Shown here: positions 10,503-16,066 of the stretch, one piece after another
How positions within the stretch are numbered: position 1 is the first letter of the stretch
Layout of the letters: the number at the start of each line of letters is the position of its first letter
Assembly: GCF_006345805.1 (NCBI RefSeq)
Contig: NW_021825278.1
Location: 1-16,066 of the forward strand
DNA: 16,066 bases
Reading direction: 5' to 3'
DNA from: Octopus sinensis
Lineage: Eukaryota
Translations under genes and position numbers: made by a program
Notes under the pieces: generated by a model
The model's database searches: none
The model's input: the letters and a program-made list of their open reading frames with translations, nothing else
What the model was told of the DNA's origin: nothing

Positions 10503-10582
10503 CCCTCTGAATATATTATGTTCAGAAATATAAGCTTAATTTTTAATTAATTTACTGCGTATAATTGAAACAGCTGTAAGGG
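10503..10582 (+). ncRNA. Degenerate hammerhead-like motif (second copy)
   Basis: CCCT-CTGAATA-t-ATTATGT...GTATAAT-t-GAAA-CAGCTG-TA-AGGG. Helix I covaries with the 5855 copy; the core has G8->T, so it is probably inactive. Confidence 0.5.
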
Positions 10583-10642
10583 GTAATGTTCGATTTGTTG
10601 CTGATAAAAAACTCTTATTAACTTCATAATCTCCATTTTCTC

Positions 10643-10710
10643 ATATATATATATATATATATTACATATGTGTGTGTGTATGTGTGTGTATGTGTATGCA
10701 TGTGTGTGCA

Positions 10711-10781
<71 letters not shown>
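10643..10781. repeat. (TA)n/(TG)n/(TA)n compound microsatellite
   Basis: Direct inspection. Confidence 0.93.
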
Positions 10782-10786
<5 letters not shown>

Positions 10787-10792
10787 TCATAC

Positions 10793-11007
10793 CTTTTACT
10801 TGTTTCAGTCATTTTCTATGGCCATGCTGGAACATTACTTTGAAAGTATTTAGTCGAACAGGCCGACTGCAGTAATAATCTTCTAACCCTAGTACTGATT
10901 CTATCGACCCAGGGCTATGTATAGTAGAGACGCTTGCCCAAGATGCTGCGCAGTGGGAACGAACCCCAAACCACATGCCTGCAAAGCAAGCTTCTAAACT
11001 ACACAGC
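10793..11007 (-). mobile_element. SINE type A, short or internally deleted variant
   Basis: Tail cttttacttgtttcagtcatt...ggccatgctgg is joined to the head gacgcttgcccaagatgctgcgcagtgggaacgaacc; the centre is missing. Confidence 0.75.
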
Positions 11008-11171
11008 TGTGCTCAAGGATGAAAGTAGAGCCCAACCTCGACACCAGTGACGTCATCGTACTGAAGGTTGGGAGATGTGTGTCCTAGAGAGGATTTAAAA
11101 AAAACGTCTTATACCTGATATGAGTTCGGGAGGAGTTGATTTTTGTCCTTCTTAGTTCTAAAAACTAAGAA

Positions 11172-11420
11172 ATGTTTCCTTCTGGGGCGATATCAGGCTC
11201 ATAAGGGTCGGTTTCCCGGATTCAGGGGCGTGTAAATTCCCCAGCTGGACAAGATGCCGGACTACCGCAGGATTACTTATTTTCACCAGCTGAGGAGACT
11301 GGAGCAACGTGAGATGAAGTGTCTTGCTCAAGAACACGATGCGTCGCCCAGTCCAGAAATCGAAATCACAATCTTACGATCAAAGAGTCCAACTCCGTAA
11401 CCACTAAGCCACGCACCTCC
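11172..11420 (-). mobile_element. tRNA-derived SINE type C (type-B-like head, different 3' half)
   Basis: Reverse complement begins ggaggtgcgtggcttagtggtt...atttcgatttctgg...ttcttgagcaagacactt, then diverges from type B after cagctgg. Confidence 0.8.
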
Positions 11421-11860
11421 ACCTTCTTTGTTTTAGGGGTTGATAATGTTTAAAGTAATACGGGTATATCTCTTCTCCTCATACATGATTCACAAAAGAA
11501 AAAGAAATGGCTAAGGGTATTATTCAGTCCACTTCTTTTATTTTCAGAACTGAAATTACGATCCCAATTCCGTATTGGGACTCAAAAGGCTCAAAATTTG
11601 TTCGGACTGAAAATTTAACCGCATCAGTCCCCCTGACCCGCCCCAGTTCTGTGTCCGAATGTCTTATTCGAGCATCAAAATATAAAGAAGCCACCCGTAT
11701 TGCGAGTGAAAGGTGTCAAACGTCTTCACAAAATCAAATTATAAACCCCTTCTTAACATAAGAGAACCTCTATGAGTTCGCTCGACTTGCGAGAAATAAC
11801 AGCAATATTCCCTGAAGTCACTCTCTAACGTCTCAAAGAAAACAAGGATTGCACTGTACT

Positions 11861-12130
11861 GGTACTCCGTCGGTTACGACGACGAAAGTTCCATTTGATC
11901 TGATCCACGGAACAGCCTGCTCGTGAAATTGACGTGCAACTGGCTGAGCACTCCACAGACACACGTGAACCCATAAAGTAGTTCTCAGGGAGGTTCAGCG
12001 TGACACAGAATGTGGTAAGACTGGCCCCTTTGAAATACAGGTACGACTCATTTTTGCCGGCTGAGTGGACTGAGCAACGTGAAACAAAGGGTCTCGCCCA
12101 AAGACACAATGTGACACCGTAAATCGAATG
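11861..12130 (-). mobile_element. SINE type B, 5'-degenerate copy
   Basis: Reverse complement aligns with 8820-9050 (cagctgg..gagt..tgtatttcaaagggccag..ctcagcca..gcacgt..aatttc..taaccgacgg). Confidence 0.85.
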
Positions 12131-12506
12131 ATACTCTGAATATACAAAACAAACCGATTGGATGGTCATAACTGGAACACTTTTTGATGATGAGTTTATC
12201 TCAGAGATGATTGGGCAGGGTCTAAATGTAAGCAACAACATTTGCTAATGCAATTAGACAAAGATATGTTGAAGAAGAGGATGCGCCCAATCGATCGATT
12301 CTTATTAACTCATGTGTTTGTATATCGATTTTCTCTTGCGCTGTACGCCGTAATCAGTGTTTGACATGGTCCCATTAAAGCGGCGACCAAGGATACATAA
12401 AAATATACACGGCGGGGTCAACGGATCTGCAGGCCGTCTACAAGACGAAACATGTCACTTGAAGCATAGGGAGAGGTGAGGGAGGGAGGGAGAGGATGAA
12501 AGAAGG

Positions 12507-12561
12507 AGGAGAGAGAGAGAGAGAGAGAGAGAGAGTGAGAGTGAGAGAGAGAGAGAGAGAG
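12507..12561. repeat. (GA)n microsatellite
   Basis: Direct inspection. Confidence 0.93.
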
Positions 12562-12624
12562 AGGTGGGTGGTAGAAGAATGGCAATTATTTTCAAGTGTG
12601 AGAGAAGCTTTTGCAAATAAAACA

Positions 12625-12815
12625 AGCACACGCGCACGCAAACACATAACGTATACACACACACACAGAGAAACACATACACATAAACGCCATATGCATA
12701 CAGGACACAAAGACACACACACACGTACAGGCACATACACACGCAAGCGTATAACCTATACAACCACACACACACACACGTACAGGCACATACACGCAAG
12801 CGTATAACCTATACA

Positions 12816-12846
<31 letters not shown>

Positions 12847-12879
12847 AGCAACACAAACTATACGCACACACACATTACC

Positions 12880-12917
<38 letters not shown>

Positions 12918-12970
12918 AGCAACACAAACTATACACACACACACATTACCTATACACACACACACACATC
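12625..12970. repeat. (CA)n tract with two duplicated complex units
   Basis: cgtacaggcacatacac..gcaagcgtataacctatacaac x2 (about 12724, 12779) and acataagcaacacaaactatac..cattacctatac x2 (about 12842, 12913). Confidence 0.9.
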
Positions 12971-13362
12971 CGAACGCTAACATAAAACCGCCCCTTTTTA
13001 ATTATTCATGTAACTATTGCTCTTCCATTCCATAGTTTTGTATAAACTAACAAGGCCGCGGCCATGCTACAGCGCCGCCTTCATTAATGGACGTCTACCA
13101 ACCTAAAGTGCTTCGGGTCTTGTCTTTACTTGTATTCACACATCACCAACTGACGAGTCATTCCACACATGAAACTGGTCCAATCTCGGATTTTTTTTTT
13201 TTCCCTTTTTTGTTCTGTTTTGTTTTGTTTTTCATGCAGGAAAAAAGTTCCTAGAAAATGGCGGCGGTGGGTGGGGTGGGGTGGGGGTGATGGGAGGAGA
13301 ACCCCCCCCCCCTCATTCTAGAACACGATATATATTTATCCTTTATTTGTTCTTTTCTTGTA

Positions 13363-13582
13363 TTCTTTCGTTTGTTTCAGTCATTGGACTGCGGCCATGC
13401 TGGAGCACCGCCTTTAATCGATCAAGTCGACGCCAGTGCTCGTTCTTTGTAAACCCAGTACTTATCCTATCGGTCTCTTTTTTGCCGAACCGCTAAGTTA
13501 CGGGGACGTGAACTCGCCAGCATCGGTTGTCAAGCTATGCCGGGAGGGGGGAACACAGACACAGACACAGACACACACACAG

Positions 13583-13635
<53 letters not shown>

Positions 13636-13850
13636 ATTGGATTTGGTAGACGGAAACTGGAAGAAGCCCGTCGTATATATATATATTTTATACGACGGGC
13701 TTCTTTCAGTTTCCGTCCACCAAATCCATTCACAAAGCTTTGGTCGGCCCGAAGCTATTGTAGAAGACACTTGCCCAAGATGCCAGGCAGTGGGACAGAA
13801 CCCAGAACCATGTGGTTGGTAAGCAAACTCCTTTCCACATTGCTACTCGC
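13363..13850 (-). mobile_element. SINE type A, near full length, with internal microsatellite and fold-back
   Basis: The tail (gtttcagtcattggactgcggccatgctggagcaccgcc), centre and head (gacacttgcccaagatgcc..cagtgggacagaacc..accatgtggttggtaagc) are all present. Confidence 0.9.

Positions 13851-13857
<7 letters not shown>

Positions 13858-13900
<43 letters not shown>
13858..13900. repeat. (CA)n microsatellite
   Basis: Direct inspection. Confidence 0.95.
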
Positions 13901-13903
<3 letters not shown>

Positions 13904-14172
13904 TTTTCCGTCAGTTTTGATGATGCGGATTCAGTTGTTCAATCAACTGAACTTTCTAGTCCTAAATTAACGTATAACTGGCCGAGTATCTCGCAGTCAC
14001 GTTCTCACCCTTAACATTATTGCCTGGAACAACTACCGTGGCAGTGTGTAACAAGGCTGTATCTTTTCAGTAACGTGTACCATCCACCCCACGCTTTTCT
14101 ATGCAATTAATATCGATTTAATTTTAATTACAAGTCTAAAAAAAAACAAAAAACAAATGGACAACATTCGTA

Positions 14173-14232
14173 TAAGACGCCACGTAGTGGTATTGAAACC
14201 GGGACCTTCTGGTTAGGAAGAGAAATTCTTAA
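14173..14232 (-). mobile_element. SINE type A head remnant
   Basis: aagacgccacgtagtggtattgaaaccgggaccttctggttaggaag resembles the reverse-complemented tRNA-like head. Confidence 0.45.
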
Positions 14233-14261
14233 ACATTCGGCCAGATACACACAAACAAGCA

Positions 14262-14988
14262 CGCACATACATACATACATACATACATACATACATACAT
14301 ACATACATCATACATGCATACATATATACATAGATACATACATGCATACATACATACATACATACATACATGCATACATACATACATAATACATACTACA
14401 TACATACATACATACATACACACACATACATACATACATACTAATACACACATACATACACATACATACACACACATACATACATACATACATACATACA
14501 TACACACACAACATACATACATACATACATACACACATACATACATACATACACCACATCACACACATACATCATACATACATACATAATACATACATAC
14601 ATACATACGTACATACATACACACATACATACATACATACATACATACATACACACACATACATACATACATACATACATACATACATACATACACACAC
14701 ATACATACATACATACATACATACACACATACATACATACATACATACACACATACATACATACATACATACATACACACACATACATACATACATACGT
14801 ACATACATACATACATACACACATACATACATACATACATACACGCACATACATACATACATACATACATACACACATACATACATACATACATACATAC
14901 ACACACACATACATACATACATACATACATACACACAACATACATACATACATACATACATACATACATACATACATACATACATACA
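14262..14988. repeat. About 730-bp (TACA)n array with CA interruptions
   Basis: Direct inspection. Confidence 0.97.
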
Positions 14989-14990
14989 GT

Positions 14991-15500
14991 CATGAGGTCC
15001 CTGCCATTGATGTGAAAATCCGGAAACTACTAGCAAACACACATAATGTCCACATAAACAGTGACGTAGACTGCATCTACCTAAAACGTAAACAAGGTGG
15101 CAGAGGCTTAAGATCGATCCAAACTGCTTTGAATGTCGTATCATATCCCTTCGGCAACATCTTTTAACCACATCTTTGAAGTGCGTCCTTTGACCAAGTT
15201 TACATACATGAGGGCTGATGACATCATAAGACTTGGGAGGCAACTCCTTGAACAGCATTCCTCGTCTGATAACCTTAAATACATGCCCAAAGAAGCCGTA
15301 CAACTCTACCATAAAGTATCATCAGATGAAAAGATGAGCGTATTTGAGCAGAAGACCATACATGGATATGCTAGTAGAAAGCTCCGAGATGATAACATCA
15401 TCGATCATCAAAAGCAGTTCATCGTGGACCACTAAGCCGTATTACTACCTCCCACTTTGAAGAGTATGTGTTTGCAATCCAGGAAGAGTAAATATCAACC
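14991..15500 (+). mobile_element. Decayed R4/Dong-like (RLE-type) non-LTR retrotransposon fragment, region C-terminal to RT
   Basis: Reads AIDVKIRKLLANTHNVHINSDVDCIYLKRKQGGRGLRSI / ...KTIHGY... / SHFEEYVFAIQEE*IST. This matches the R4-clade motifs D.KTRKLL...H..SDV.RLYL.R..GGRGL, LHGQY and EGF.FAIQDQ. Frameshifts and stops are present. Confidence 0.75.
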
Positions 15501-15857
15501 GCCATCATTGTAAAAATCTGTAAAACTTTCCAGAAGTGTATCATTTAAATATAGATGAGCATGTCAAGATATGAAACTATATGCATGAGAAAACATACGG
15601 CTATATACAAAAATAGCCTGTTGATATTGTTGAAATTCCAATGATGGAGCCTTGGATCAAGATTAGAAACCGGCTCGTTCTGTATTGGCAAGAAGTTTTG
15701 AAATAAAACTGAATAATAACATAACACATACATACATGCACACATACATACAACCTCGGTTGTTTTGCTAAATTTTTCTTGAGAATATTTCTTAGTGGTG
15801 TGACCATAGCGGATCTATTTCTAGCATAAGGATGTCCACATGGTGGTTTCCCTCTAA

Positions 15858-15874
15858 TATGTATATGTGTGTGT

Positions 15875-15955
<81 letters not shown>
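15858..15955. repeat. (TG)n microsatellite
   Basis: Direct inspection. Confidence 0.97.
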
Positions 15956-15956
<1 letters not shown>

Positions 15957-16066
15957 TATGGTTTTGAATTTCTAATTTCTTCGACATAACATTGGGTTCC
16001 ACTTAATCGGTTCAGATTTTGTAGGATTATATCTCCTTCAATAAATTGGCTTCTTCCTTTCTGGCA

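Noticed and set aside
11048-11055. Perfect CRE palindrome TGACGTCA
   Set aside because: A single 8-mer is not significant in 16 kb.
15632-15680. CCAATGA...GAAACCGGC hammerhead-like relic
   Set aside because: Core positions U4, G5 and U16.1 are all wrong and there is no helix I; too degenerate to claim.
15755-15860. Frame GKPPCGHPYARNRSAMVTPLRNILKKNLAKQPR (minus) between microsatellites
   Set aside because: Weak splice sites; it resembles an octopus interspersed repeat as I recall it and shares the atttctagca motif with repeats at 7358/7530, so it is not called as CDS.

Overview
Eukaryotic, AT-rich, repeat-saturated and essentially non-coding window. It is most likely from a cephalopod (Octopus-like) nuclear genome; this is inferred from the tRNA-derived SINE families I recognise, the extreme microsatellite density and a cox1 fragment that reads in the invertebrate mitochondrial code. 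There are no bacterial-type genes, operons or CRISPR arrays, and nearly all long ORFs in the track are microsatellite artefacts. Supported content: many SINE copies of three related types, a decayed RTE-like RT fragment, a decayed R4/Dong-like non-LTR fragment, a cox1 NUMT with an internal scrambled duplication, MITE-like remnants and large (TACA)n arrays with higher-order structure. One plausible orphan coding exon lies at 4515-4693 (minus). The most interesting signal is a minimal type I hammerhead-ribozyme motif of the Penelope-like kind (5855-5902), with a second, covarying but core-degenerate copy (10503-10582) on the same strand that shares the palindromic helix III. A near-perfect 40-bp fold-back hairpin also sits inside a SINE (13638-13728). 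All family names come from recognition, not database searches.
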